Source of the DNA: Verrucomicrobiota bacterium
GTDB lineage: Bacteria; Verrucomicrobiota; Kiritimatiellia; RFP12; UBA1067
DNA length: 64,000 nt
Direction of reading: 5' to 3'
Assembly (NCBI GenBank): GCA_023269675.1
Contig: JAHFSX010000033.1
Span: 3,841-67,840, forward strand
The notes beneath the pieces are model-generated. The model was not told where the DNA came from and searched no databases. It saw only the letters and a program-made list of their open reading frames with translations. The position numbers and the translations under genes were made by a program. Shown here one piece after another: positions 51,087-60,528 of this stretch; position 1 is the first letter of the stretch, and every line of letters begins with the position of its first letter.

Positions 51087-52436
51087 CTAACCGTGATCGG
51101 CGCTGCCGTGACACAGGATTTGGATCCGCTGAGCCAGCCGCGTGATCGGAGCCCAGTCGTATGTGGTGATGTCTTGTCCGTGGGCCAGATTGTTGCGCAG
51201 CGACTCCAGTTCCTTCATCGCCTTCTTCGCCGCGCCCGCGGAGGGGAAGCCCGCCTGTGAGACGAACAGCGGGTCGTTGATGAGAAGCTGGAACTTGTCG
51301 GAAAACTGCAGGCAGTCGAGCAGCTCGGACGCGAGTCCGCGGCGGCGGCGCTCGTCCTGGAGCTGGCGGGCCTTTTCGAGGCGGCCGTCGCTGACGAGGC
51401 GGACCCATGTTTCGTCCTGCCACCGGCTGCGGATATCGCCGACCACGAACATCTCAAACAGGATGATGATGCCGAACAGCCACATTCTCACCACGGGTTT
51501 CTCGAGTTCGGTCCGCGTGATGACGCCGACGATCACGCCGTTCAACGTCGCGAAACAGCAGGTGTAACGCGACAGGGCAGAAATGACATCGGTCAGCGGG
51601 GCATCGACAGGAAGCTTCTGCAAGGCATCGATCGGCCGGACAGCGCCCACCGTCCCCGCCTCCACGTCCTCAGGGAGCAGGTAACCGGTGACCCGCCCGC
51701 AGGCGCGCACGCCGATGACAGGCGCGCCGGCCACCTCCGTCACGCAGGCGGGTCGGCGCACGAGCGATTCGTAGTCGAACGAGGAGAGGGGTTCCAGAAT
51801 GTCGCGGGCCGAAAAGGCCTCGGTAAAGAGGCGCATGCTCTGTTCCCCGTGGGCCGCGGCGATAAGCGGCCCGGCTTCTGTGGGTATAGCGCCGCCACCG
51901 GTCAAGGCTGACGCGTCGAGCTTGGCGGCGCACATTTGCAGGGTGTTCTCGGCCGTTTCGAGCAGGTGCGGATCGCCCTCCCGGAGCACATCGAGGAGTT
52001 CCCTCGCCTCCATTAGGTAGACGCGTCCGAACTTGGGGTCATGACTGCAGATGTCCTCGCAGTTGTCGATGATGTCAGCCAGTTTGACGGTCTTCGCGCG
52101 GACCGAGGCGGCTGCGAGGTGCTGCCGGTCGAGAGCCTTCCGCGCGGCGCGATTGCCGTCGCTGGGCTTACTGACGTCGGTGAGGTCCTTGACCAGCGCG
52201 GCCACGTCGGGGCCAAACTCGCGATCGATCTCCTCGAAAGTCGCCGGGGTGTCCTCGACGATGTCATGCAACCAGGCGGCCGCGATCACCGCAGGGTCTT
52301 TGCAGACCGTGGCCACGCGGCTGGCAACCGCCCGGAGATGCACGTCATAGGCCTGCCGCGTGTATTTGCGGAGCTGGTGGATTCTGGCATGGGCCGATGT
52401 CGCGTAGTCGCTCGCGTGGGCAACGAGATCTTCCAT
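51087..52436 (-). CDS. HD-domain (RelA/SpoT hydrolase-like) - CBS pair - HEPN-like fusion protein
   Basis: AH...Q.RK....Y..H...LHDIVEDT...VKLAD..DN; CBS-like DAPLTDV...GVIVGVITRTEL; C-terminal LRNNLAH (Rx4H). Start at MEDLVAH after GAGG. Confidence 0.75.
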   Translation of the reverse strand: MEDLVAHASDYATSAHARIHQLRKYTRQAYDVHLRAVASRVATVCKDPAVIAAAWLHDIVEDTPATFEEIDREFGPDVAALVKDLTDVSKPSDGNRAARKALDRQHLAAASVRAKTVKLADIIDNCEDICSHDPKFGRVYLMEARELLDVLREGDPHLLETAENTLQMCAAKLDASALTGGGAIPTEAGPLIAAAHGEQSMRLFTEAFSARDILEPLSSFDYESLVRRPACVTEVAGAPVIGVRACGRVTGYLLPEDVEAGTVGAVRPIDALQKLPVDAPLTDVISALSRYTCCFATLNGVIVGVITRTELEKPVVRMWLFGIIILFEMFVVGDIRSRWQDETWVRLVSDGRLEKARQLQDERRRRGLASELLDCLQFSDKFQLLINDPLFVSQAGFPSAGAAKKAMKELESLRNNLAHGQDITTYDWAPITRLAQRIQILCHGSADHG

Positions 52437-52480
52437 GGATCGGGATCCTCTCTGTCTACGGAAAGCAGTCACGTGCGCCG

Positions 52481-52554
52481 GCTCGTATGCTACCGCCAAA
52501 ATGGCTATGCCTGAGTCAGTGTTTACAATTCCGTCTTGCGGCGGTACTACGGAC
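52481..52554. repeat. Degenerate GTAG-type REP doublet
   Basis: TTCCGTCTTGCGGCGGTACTACGGAC (52529-52554) inverted against CTCGTATGCTACCGCC; same family as 53821-53895. Confidence 0.45.
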
Positions 52555-52607
52555 GCGTTCACCCCCGCAAAAAAACGAGCATGCGCCGTTATTAAAGGGA
52601 CACGGCA

Positions 52608-53195
52608 CTAGGGCTTCGGATAGTGACGCAGCAACTCGTTGACGGCGGCGTCACAGCGCTCCTGCTTGCGTTCCTCCGGCCACGACAGGTCGATCTCGGC
52701 CATGATCGCGCCGCGCCAGAGCAGGTGTTTGGACTTCCTCTCCACCACATCCAGAATCAGCACGCCGCGCTTGTAATGCAGCGATGTCTCGGCAACGTCA
52801 ACCGGCGTCGCCAGCAGTTCGCCGTAGGCCTTGTTCAGATCGGTCTCGTCGATGGCCGCGTCGCTGGCCAACGCATAGCTGACCAGCAGGTCCGGCTCCG
52901 TTTCCGTGTAGGCGAGGCCTTTGCCGGTCAACGACGCGAGCAGCGCGCGTTGCAACCGTTCGCCGAGCGTGCCGAGTTGGTTGCCCGGCTGCCGGGCGAC
53001 CCGGAACAGGCAGTAGCCCCAGCCGAACGAGCCGGTCACCGGCAACGCTCTCGACTGATCCGCGAGAATGTGGATCGAGGGGTTTTTGAGGCCGGCCAAC
53101 TCCGACGGCTGGAAGGTCAGCGTTTTCCGGGAGCACCCGATCAGGCAGATGGCAGCCGTCGCCGCCGCGAACAGACCCAAGATGTTGCGTTTCAC
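52608..53195 (-). CDS. DUF4136 family lipoprotein
   Basis: Lipobox LIG-C; PDLLVSY, Y.RGVLILDVV...LLWRG, YP C-terminus. Confidence 0.8.
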   Translation of the reverse strand: MKRNILGLFAAATAAICLIGCSRKTLTFQPSELAGLKNPSIHILADQSRALPVTGSFGWGYCLFRVARQPGNQLGTLGERLQRALLASLTGKGLAYTETEPDLLVSYALASDAAIDETDLNKAYGELLATPVDVAETSLHYKRGVLILDVVERKSKHLLWRGAIMAEIDLSWPEERKQERCDAAVNELLRHYPKP

Positions 53196-53746
53196 CGTTT
53201 CTCCTCCTGTGCGTTGGCCGGCGAGGGGGCCGCCGGATTAGCCGGCTTAGGCTTCGGCAGCTCCCTCTCGATGAGGCTGCCGATCAGCTCCGCGGTTTTT
53301 AGATCGCCTTTCACGCCGACGCGGATCCGCACCTCGGTGCCGCGCGACTCCGCGACCCGCAGTTTGATCGCAACGCCGACACTTTCGCGGGTCTTCGCCG
53401 TCAATTCGCCGGAGAGCACATCAAAGGTGCCTTTGATGTCATCGAAGCCGGCCTTCTTCAGCGCGAGATTCGATGCCAGCCAGATGGTGCGCACGTCGAA
53501 GGGGTACTCGACTTTCAGCTCACCGTTGACATAGATGACGGTTGCGACCGACTTGGAGCCGGAGACAATCGCCTCGCCGGCTTTGCCGACTCCCGTGACG
53601 GCGGCATCGCCGGTCTTGTAGATCACATAGCCGGTGATTCCGATGGCCGCGGCCACAGTGATGACGCCAAATTTGATGATACGGCAACCGGCTATGAGCG
53701 TAGAGACAGCAACCAATAATAACGGTGTCAGGTTGGGCCTGTGCAT
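53192..53746 (-). CDS. DUF3568 family lipoprotein
   Basis: Lipobox LIAG-C; Y.NGELK..Y, TEVRIRVG..GD. Confidence 0.75.
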   Translation of the reverse strand: MHRPNLTPLLLVAVSTLIAGCRIIKFGVITVAAAIGITGYVIYKTGDAAVTGVGKAGEAIVSGSKSVATVIYVNGELKVEYPFDVRTIWLASNLALKKAGFDDIKGTFDVLSGELTAKTRESVGVAIKLRVAESRGTEVRIRVGVKGDLKTAELIGSLIERELPKPKPANPAAPSPANAQEEKR

Positions 53747-53820
53747 GGAATCCTTCCGTGCCTAGTGTGGAGTGTCCCGCAAATGACAGGACAGGTAAGT
53801 TTTTGATTGTGGATGCACAC

Positions 53821-53895
53821 GTTCGCAGTACCGCCTTCGGGCGGAATCTCCGGTCAATCCGGCCGCTCTTTCCGCCTAAAGGCGGTGCAACAAAC
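53821..53895. repeat. GTAG-type REP doublet (inverted pair)
   Basis: GTTCGCAGTACCGCCTTCGGGCGGAA ... TTCCGCCTAAAGGCGGTGCAACAAAC; each half holds a CCGCC-N4-GGCGG hairpin. Confidence 0.65.
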
Positions 53896-53930
53896 CCTCA
53901 CTCAGATATAGCCAGTAAGGAGGCCTCACG

Positions 53931-54299
53931 CTAGGGTGTTTGGTTCAACCACAGGCGGGCCTTCGCCAGATCGCCCGTGGGAAAGAACTCAACGGCGGGA
54001 CGACGGATGCCTTGACACGCGAAGATGAGAGCCAAGCCTTCCCACTTCCGGTCGGCGACAATCGCGATCTTGCCGATGAACGGATCGTTTTCGATCTGGA
54101 AGGAGATATCTCCCCAGTCGCCTTCCTTCTCCCAGCCAGCAAACTGCGCGGCCAAGACGAGGATGCTCACGTTGCCGCGCTGGCGGATCACCTCGGCCGC
54201 TCCGCTCTGAACGGCCGACAGCTCCGCGCGCGACAGCTGGCCCTCCAAAGCCACGGTAATCACGCTACCATCCACCCCTGCTATCTTCGCACCCATCAT
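53931..54299 (-). CDS. STAS/SEC14 (SpoIIAA-like) domain protein
   Basis: FAGWE...W.D, KIAIVAD.KW, VEFF.....A..WL. Confidence 0.85.
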   Translation of the reverse strand: MMGAKIAGVDGSVITVALEGQLSRAELSAVQSGAAEVIRQRGNVSILVLAAQFAGWEKEGDWGDISFQIENDPFIGKIAIVADRKWEGLALIFACQGIRRPAVEFFPTGDLAKARLWLNQTP

Positions 54300-54388
54300 C
54301 GCTCTCCTTTCTCAGTCGCAGCATAAACTAGCGAGCCGCAGGGGACGCGCTTCGGCCCCCTGCTGCACAGTGTGTCTGCGGGCGCCGC

Positions 54389-55003
54389 TTACGGCTTCTC
54401 GACGCTGATGGCCACGGCTTCCGTGCAGCGGAACACGACCTCTTCGCCGAGCGAGCGCTTGGACAGATCCACGTCCGGTCGGACCGTGAAGGTCTTGGTC
54501 GTCCCGTCCGGCAACTGGAGCACGGCTTTGCGGCTCTTGCGGTCGATGCCAATGACCTTGGCGGTGACCTGGGAGGTTCCCGCAATCAGCACGCCGGGCT
54601 TGGCGCCGATCGGGGCCAGGGCCACCAAGGCCGCGGTGCCATCAGGGTACGGAACCCCCTCATGAGCCATGTAGACGACCAGCTCTTCGGCTGCGGTGAC
54701 GACAATCTGGTCACCGACGCGGATCTGAGCGAAATTGGCGACCTCCGGGCCTGCCTTAAAGACCTGCTTCTTACCTTCCTTGCTGACGACGGTGATTTTG
54801 CGGTTGGCAGCGTCAATGCCGGTCACCGTGGCAGTGGTCTTGTAGGTTTCGATGGAATACACGCCGGGCACGCCTTCCTTGGTGATCACTTGCTTGCTCG
54901 TTTCACCTTTGGGCAGGGACGAGCACGAGGTGTTCATCAGTAACGCGGCGGGGAGGGCGGCCAGCGCTACGAGTTTGAGGGTGTTCGGGTTGAGGGCGTT
55001 CAT
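54389..55003 (-). CDS. Lipoprotein with two OB-fold-like repeats (paralog of 39345-39959)
   Basis: NTS-CSSLPKG; near-colinear with the other copy to the VEKP end. Confidence 0.75.
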   Translation of the reverse strand: MNALNPNTLKLVALAALPAALLMNTSCSSLPKGETSKQVITKEGVPGVYSIETYKTTATVTGIDAANRKITVVSKEGKKQVFKAGPEVANFAQIRVGDQIVVTAAEELVVYMAHEGVPYPDGTAALVALAPIGAKPGVLIAGTSQVTAKVIGIDRKSRKAVLQLPDGTTKTFTVRPDVDLSKRSLGEEVVFRCTEAVAISVEKP

Positions 55004-55084
55004 TCGGATCTCCGTTTCTTGGTTTGGGTTGTGAAAGCCGCCGGCTCCGTCCGTAAGGGGCCTGCGGCCTGTGATGTGACTTAA

Positions 55085-55747
55085 TCAGCCGCCCAGCGCG
55101 ATGGCGAGCGCGACGAGCGCCGCGCCGATGAACACCATGCAGGTGCCCATCAGCCAAGGACGCGCCCCGATGAAGCGAGCGAGTCGGACGCCGAGCACAA
55201 ACAGAATGACAATGGCGATGCCGTTTGAGACGCGCAGGGCCAGGCTGGCCTGGTGCATGAAGAGGAACGGAACCACGATCGGAAACGTGGAGAGAAAGAC
55301 CAGCAGGAACACCCCGCATGCGCCGCGGAAATCGTCCCGCTTGATAGGGACCCGCGCAGGCGGCTCGCATTGCTCGATGATCCGCGCCCGCATGGCGTCC
55401 AGCTCGTCCGGTTTCAGAACGGCGGCGAGCAGCGGAGGCAGCGAGTCGGCGATGAGTTCACGGGCCTCCTGCGCGTCAGGCGTGTGGTGAACGCGGCGCA
55501 GGACGACCAGCCCGCGGCCGCGCTCGGAGACCGTATTGACCCAATACAGCAGCGCATCGATCAGCCCCCAAGCCAGATTGCAACCCAGCGCGCCGATCAG
55601 CATCGTACGGACATCTTCGCGTCCGGCCTCGGCCACGCTGAGTGAGCAGGTGAAGGTGAGCACCATGATCAACCCGAACAGGATTTCGGATACGCGGCTA
55701 ATGGGATCCAAGACGCGTTTGGAAGATTGAGTAGGTTTGTCAGACAT
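55085..55747 (-). CDS. VIT1/CCC1-family membrane protein
   Basis: SEILFGLIMVLTFT, GCNLAWG.ID, FPIVVPF, C-terminal IALGG. Confidence 0.75.
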   Translation of the reverse strand: MSDKPTQSSKRVLDPISRVSEILFGLIMVLTFTCSLSVAEAGREDVRTMLIGALGCNLAWGLIDALLYWVNTVSERGRGLVVLRRVHHTPDAQEARELIADSLPPLLAAVLKPDELDAMRARIIEQCEPPARVPIKRDDFRGACGVFLLVFLSTFPIVVPFLFMHQASLALRVSNGIAIVILFVLGVRLARFIGARPWLMGTCMVFIGAALVALAIALGG

Positions 55748-55775
55748 AAGCTGAGATGAGGTCGTAGAGTCATGG

Positions 55776-56744
55776 TCAATCGGGCGAGACCGTCCAGGTC
55801 TTGTCCGGGTCGTAGGCCTTCATGCCCGCCGCACTCTTGGCCGTGCCGGCACCCAGGTCTTTCTGATACACACGCCCCTGCTGGTTCACGATGAAGGTCA
55901 TGACGCCCGTCTCGCCGTAGCTCGCCGGCCAAGCCGCCAGCGCGAAACCACCGATCATGTTTCCGTTGATGATGTAGCCGTACTTGCCGCCGGGCGCGGA
56001 CTTGGCCTGCCGGGTGAGCACCTTGAAGAAATAGCCGTGGAACGGCTCAGGCGCCGCCCCTTCTCCCTTGGCCGCTACCCCGTACCCTTCGCTCTGCGCC
56101 TGCGCGGCGAGAGGTCCGAGCGGGCTGATCTCGCCGTCGAGTTCGGGCGGCCAGTAGAGGCCGTCCTTCAGGCCAGGCTTGCTGAAAAACTTCTGCGCGA
56201 ACTCCAGGACCTCGTCGCCGTCGCGGTCCTTGGCGGCGTACTCGCGCTGGGCCTCGACATAGGCGCGCACCGCGCTGAGCGTCATCAGCTCATTGCGGCC
56301 GACGCGCCGGTTGAGCAACTCGTCCTTGCCCGCCTCGGTGTCGAAGAACCACTTGCCGTCCCTCATCACAAGGGGGATCGGGAAGGGCCAGAACTCGGCC
56401 CCCACTTCCAGCGTGCAGCAGGTGGCCGAGTCGCGCGCGAGGCGCTTGGCCTGGCCGAGCGCCGCGGAAAAAGTCTGCAGCTCGTTCGTGGCCTGGACAC
56501 GGTCGGGGTTCTGCACCTCCTCGGCCGCCGGACCGAAAAGCGCGCGGAGCGCCTCGGCGTCACAGGCCCTGGCCGCACACGCGAGCGCCGCGACCGCCTC
56601 CTCGGGCGTAGCGAAGACCTTGCCCGTTTCCTCAGCGCTGACGGCGAAAGAGGCGTGGAGCGCCAGCGCCAGAGCCAGTCCGGCGCAGGGGAAGCAGCGG
56701 AACGTCCGCTGCAGGTGGATCGAATTATTCATAGTCGTTCTCAT
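55776..56744 (-). CDS. DUF2950 family protein
   Basis: F.TPEEA, WPFPIPLV, E...RR.GRNE, DGLYW, PFHGY.F, AWPA.YG.TGVMTF, YDPD..W. Confidence 0.9.
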   Translation of the reverse strand: MRTTMNNSIHLQRTFRCFPCAGLALALALHASFAVSAEETGKVFATPEEAVAALACAARACDAEALRALFGPAAEEVQNPDRVQATNELQTFSAALGQAKRLARDSATCCTLEVGAEFWPFPIPLVMRDGKWFFDTEAGKDELLNRRVGRNELMTLSAVRAYVEAQREYAAKDRDGDEVLEFAQKFFSKPGLKDGLYWPPELDGEISPLGPLAAQAQSEGYGVAAKGEGAAPEPFHGYFFKVLTRQAKSAPGGKYGYIINGNMIGGFALAAWPASYGETGVMTFIVNQQGRVYQKDLGAGTAKSAAGMKAYDPDKTWTVSPD

Positions 56745-56784
56745 GTCAGATGCTCGGATCTTTGGGTGCCGTACGATTCACAGT

Positions 56785-58098
56785 TTAACGGCGTCCGCCG
56801 CCGCCACGCCCGCCGCCGCCGCGGCTGCCGCCGTAACTCCCGCTGGAGCGGCTGGAGGAGCCGCGGCTGCTGTAACTGCGGGTGCCGGAGCCGCTGCTGA
56901 CCCCGCCGAAGGCGCTGCCGCCCGACGTGCTGCCGGGGCGGGCCGACGGGCTAGCGGGCCGGGAGGCACTCGGGGCGGTCGAAGGCCGCGTGTTCACGTT
57001 ACCCGTCGAGGGGCGCGTGTTCACGTAACCCGTCGAAGGGCGCGTGGCGACATTGCCGGTGGAAGGCGAGGGGCGGGTACCGGGCTGAGTGGACGGCCTG
57101 GCGCCGCCGGAAGAACTCCACCCCCGCGCCTCCATGGTGCTGGCCGCGCCTCTGGAACCCAACGTGCTCGATGAACTCAGCCGGTTCTGATCCGGTTTCC
57201 ACTTCTGCGAGCCCGTCGTTCCACTCCTGTTATTGGGAGTTGCCTGCGCGCCTCGGTTGCCCTGGTTGACGTTCACGTTGCGGTCGACGTTCACGTTGCG
57301 GTCGATGTCCACGTCGCCATGGTGATAGCCTCCGTTGCTCCAGACCACGGTTCCGTGATGGCCCACGTAAACGCCGCCGTGGTGCCAGTCGCAGTTGTTG
57401 GCGATGATGGCCCCTACCGCGATCCCCACGCCGAAGGTCACCAGCGGCGCGTACGGATCGTAGACGTAGCCCGGCGGCGGATAATAAACGTAAGCGGGGT
57501 TGTAAGTCGGCACATAGACCACTTCCGGATTGACCGGCTGGATCTGAACGACCGTGTTGGTCACCACCACCGCCCGCTGCTCGACGGTTTTCTCGACGAC
57601 CAGATTGGTGACCACGACGATCTGCTCCGGCGTCGTCCTCAGAGTGCCCGCGCCCTGGGCCTTGCCGCGGAGGCTTTGAACAGCGTCCAGCAGGTCTTTG
57701 TCCTGCGCAAGGAACGTCTCGCCGAGGGCAATCGTCCAAGTCAAATCATCGTTCATCATCTTGATCACAGCCGGCACGCTCGCCACGGCCTTCACGTTGT
57801 CGTCCCAAGGTTGCGCATCCAGCTTCGGCAGGTTGTTCGTGTCGGCCACGAAACGCGCCGCCTGGACGATCTCCAGGGGATAGACCGCGGCCGGCAGGAC
57901 GGTCGCGATCAGCGGGTCAGGATAGAGCGCGATGCGGGCGACAAGATTCTCCAGTTCCTTCGCGCTGCGTTTGGCCTGTGCGGCCGGCGGCGGAGCGGCC
58001 CGCGCGGGTGCGCCTGGCAGCGGCGCCGCCTCTTGCTGTGCACCCGCGGCCATGGATGCCAGGACGAGGGCGAGGAAGATCTGTGCTTTGGGTTTCAT
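56785..58098 (-). CDS. DUF3300 family protein with Gly/Ser/Arg-rich tail
   Basis: IALYPDPL, WD..VKA, LG..FL.Q..D..DAVQ.LR, VYVP.Y.P; typical pairing with DUF2950. Confidence 0.9.
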   Translation of the reverse strand: MKPKAQIFLALVLASMAAGAQQEAAPLPGAPARAAPPPAAQAKRSAKELENLVARIALYPDPLIATVLPAAVYPLEIVQAARFVADTNNLPKLDAQPWDDNVKAVASVPAVIKMMNDDLTWTIALGETFLAQDKDLLDAVQSLRGKAQGAGTLRTTPEQIVVVTNLVVEKTVEQRAVVVTNTVVQIQPVNPEVVYVPTYNPAYVYYPPPGYVYDPYAPLVTFGVGIAVGAIIANNCDWHHGGVYVGHHGTVVWSNGGYHHGDVDIDRNVNVDRNVNVNQGNRGAQATPNNRSGTTGSQKWKPDQNRLSSSSTLGSRGAASTMEARGWSSSGGARPSTQPGTRPSPSTGNVATRPSTGYVNTRPSTGNVNTRPSTAPSASRPASPSARPGSTSGGSAFGGVSSGSGTRSYSSRGSSSRSSGSYGGSRGGGGRGGGGRR

Positions 58099-58288
58099 GA
58101 ATTTCGGCTCTCCTGATAATAACTGCTGCGAAATCAGTTTTATTGTGCATGTAGCTTAACATGGCAATTTCACGCATACGATCCTTTTTTGATGCGATTG
58201 TGAGAACTCATGCAAGGAAGGTATTATGCGGCGTCGAACTCAAATACTCCTGCATTGCGGGGAATAGTCGGGCCGTCGTGCGCCAAGA

Positions 58289-59380
58289 CTAATGCGTCGG
58301 CATCGGCATCAGGTAGAACATCAGGGCGATGATCGCGTAAACCGTGATGAGCTGAACGCCTTTGTACCAGTTGGATTGGCCATCGCCCGAGACGACCGTG
58401 CCCAAGATCACGCCGAGGAACAGTGCGCCGACCTCGCCTCGTCCGAACGACAGTTGCAGCGGCTGCGGCGCGATGAAGTAGCTCGCGAGCACCAGCACAG
58501 GCGCGACGAACAGGGCGATCTGGATGGAGCTGCCCATGGCGATGCCGATGCTCAAATCGATTTTGTTCTTCCGCGCCATCACGATGGCCGAGCCGCTTTC
58601 GGCGGCGCCGCCGATAATCGCGAGAAAGACGATGCCGATGAAGATCTGGGTCATGCCCAACGCCTTGCCCGTCGCCTCAGCCGCACCCACGAGAATCTCG
58701 CTCATCCAGGCGGCGAGAAGCGATGCGGCAACCAGACTTCCCGCCGCGCGGCCCACACTCCAGCGCTGACCGGCATGGCATGATCCCTCTTCTGCCTCCA
58801 CGCTTTTGAACGCGTCAGGATGCGTCTTGAGCGAAAACAGCAGGTAGAGCCCATAGGCGAGCAGCAGCAGGAGCGCGATACCGATGTTGAGCGCATACTC
58901 CTGCCGGATCGGACCTTCGGTCGCGAAGAAGCGGTTAAATGTGCTCGGCACCAGCATGCTCGTGGCGGCCAGCAGCATCATGGTGCTGTAGGCGCGCGCG
59001 GCGACCGGGTTGAAGTTCTGCTCGTGGTATCGGAGCCCTCCGGCCAGATAGGAGGCTCCCAATGCCAGCAGCAGATTGGCCAAGATGGAGCCGATCAGCG
59101 AGGCCCGCACCATCTCCGGGTAACCGGCCCTCAAAGCCACCAGCGAAATGATCAGCTCCGGCGCGTTGCCGAAAGTGGCGTTGAGCAGCCCGCCGACGGC
59201 GTCTCCGGTACGGGAGGCCACCTGTTCAGTCGCCCGCACAATCAGCGCGGCGACCGGAATGATAGCCAGCGCAGCTGAAAAAAAGAGCACCGTCGGCGTC
59301 GCCTGAGCGTGTTCCAGCCCAAGGGTCACGGGAATGAAGACGAAGAGCCAATTCAGTGTGGGCTTACAGACCTGTATCAT
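58289..59380 (-). CDS. cax: Ca2+/H+ antiporter (CAX/ChaA family)
   Basis: GGLLNATFGNAPELI alpha-1 repeat, GSILANLLL, GSSIQIALFVAP. Confidence 0.92.
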   Translation of the reverse strand: MIQVCKPTLNWLFVFIPVTLGLEHAQATPTVLFFSAALAIIPVAALIVRATEQVASRTGDAVGGLLNATFGNAPELIISLVALRAGYPEMVRASLIGSILANLLLALGASYLAGGLRYHEQNFNPVAARAYSTMMLLAATSMLVPSTFNRFFATEGPIRQEYALNIGIALLLLLAYGLYLLFSLKTHPDAFKSVEAEEGSCHAGQRWSVGRAAGSLVAASLLAAWMSEILVGAAEATGKALGMTQIFIGIVFLAIIGGAAESGSAIVMARKNKIDLSIGIAMGSSIQIALFVAPVLVLASYFIAPQPLQLSFGRGEVGALFLGVILGTVVSGDGQSNWYKGVQLITVYAIIALMFYLMPMPTH

Positions 59381-59455
59381 AAAAGTGTGGCCTTTCCGGG
59401 CATAGTCACGCGAACCGAGGAAGATCCCGCTTGTCGCGGAAACCTTCGGATCGGC

Positions 59456-60451
59456 TTACGGAGCGGCAGCAGGCGATGCGAGTTCCGTATCCTTGAGGAG
59501 ACGAGCCAACCGTTCCTGATGGTTGCGGGCCCGGACCTGAGCGTCGCTGCGTTCCGCGGCCAGCTGCTGGAGCTTGCGGAAGTCGCTCTGCAGGTCAAGG
59601 GTCATGTCCGCCAGCAGCGCATCGATTTCGAACGCGCCCAGGTTGCTGACGGACCTCGCGTCGGGCCCCTCCGCGGAAAGCAGCGCTTCCACCTGTTTCC
59701 GGCGGCCGGCGACGATCTCCTCTTTCTCGTCGATCTGAGACCGGATACGCTCTTTTCGCTGAGCATCGTTCGTGATGAGCAGCTTATCGTGGAGATCCTT
59801 GATTTCGCTGCTCTGTTTGTCGATGGAGGCTTTCAGCTCCCGGATCACGTCGGCCTTGGTCTTGGCCGCGCCGTTGGAGTCCTTCTCAAACCTTTTGAAC
59901 TCCTTCGTCTCCGCGCTAGAGTCGTGCTCATCGTTGCGGTAGCGCTCATAGGCGTTGAACTCTTCCTGTTGCATCATCGAGATGGCGAGCGACAGAATCT
60001 GGCCGACGCGCTTTTCGATGCGCGTGTTGAGCGCTGTGACGTCTTCGGCGAGGCCCTCCTTGGAGACCGGCGAGCCGCCTGCCGCCAGGTCCTGGTTGCG
60101 GCGGTCGCGCTCCCGCACATAAAATGAGATGCTGTTGCGCAGTCCTTGGATCGCCTTGTCTTTGGAGCGCATGACCCGTCCGCGCGAGTCGGACGAGTCT
60201 TTGACGGCCGCCATCAGCGCGACAATGCGGTCCACGCGGGACTCGATGTCCTTGTCGAGCGCCTGCAACTGCGCGTTGACCGCATTCAGCCGTTCGCCGC
60301 TTTTCATCGCCTCGGCCGTGAGCACGTCGGCGTATTGTTTGCGCTGCTCGAGCAAGGGCGCGTGCGCATCGACGGCCGGTTGCGCCGATGCCGTGCCGAT
60401 AAGTCCCGCCAGGGCGACTGCCGCGAGCCGGACGACGATTTTCTGGTTCAT
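59456..60451 (-). CDS. Secreted coiled-coil hypothetical protein (paralog of 32264-33298)
   Basis: Signal peptide ASA-Q; shared DIESRVDRIV, DSRGRV.RSKDKAI, YERYRNDE, MTLDLQSDFRK blocks. Confidence 0.75.
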   Translation of the reverse strand: MNQKIVVRLAAVALAGLIGTASAQPAVDAHAPLLEQRKQYADVLTAEAMKSGERLNAVNAQLQALDKDIESRVDRIVALMAAVKDSSDSRGRVMRSKDKAIQGLRNSISFYVRERDRRNQDLAAGGSPVSKEGLAEDVTALNTRIEKRVGQILSLAISMMQQEEFNAYERYRNDEHDSSAETKEFKRFEKDSNGAAKTKADVIRELKASIDKQSSEIKDLHDKLLITNDAQRKERIRSQIDEKEEIVAGRRKQVEALLSAEGPDARSVSNLGAFEIDALLADMTLDLQSDFRKLQQLAAERSDAQVRARNHQERLARLLKDTELASPAAAP

Positions 60452-60528
60452 TCTGACGTTATCACTTTCTTCTGGATCATGCGTCTTCCTTTCTCAAGCG
60501 CCGCTGCGCGGGCGGCACGCGAGCGCCT

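Noticed and set aside
52437-52562. N-terminal extension of the HD protein in the ORF track
   Set aside because: It runs through a REP-like repeat; the ATG at 52436 has an SD and starts at the HD domain.
56978-57066. 27-bp tandem repeats, and 18-bp repeats near 57265-57314
   Set aside because: In-frame coding repeats (RPSTGNVNT, DRNVNV) of the DUF3300 tail with no spacers; not CRISPR.
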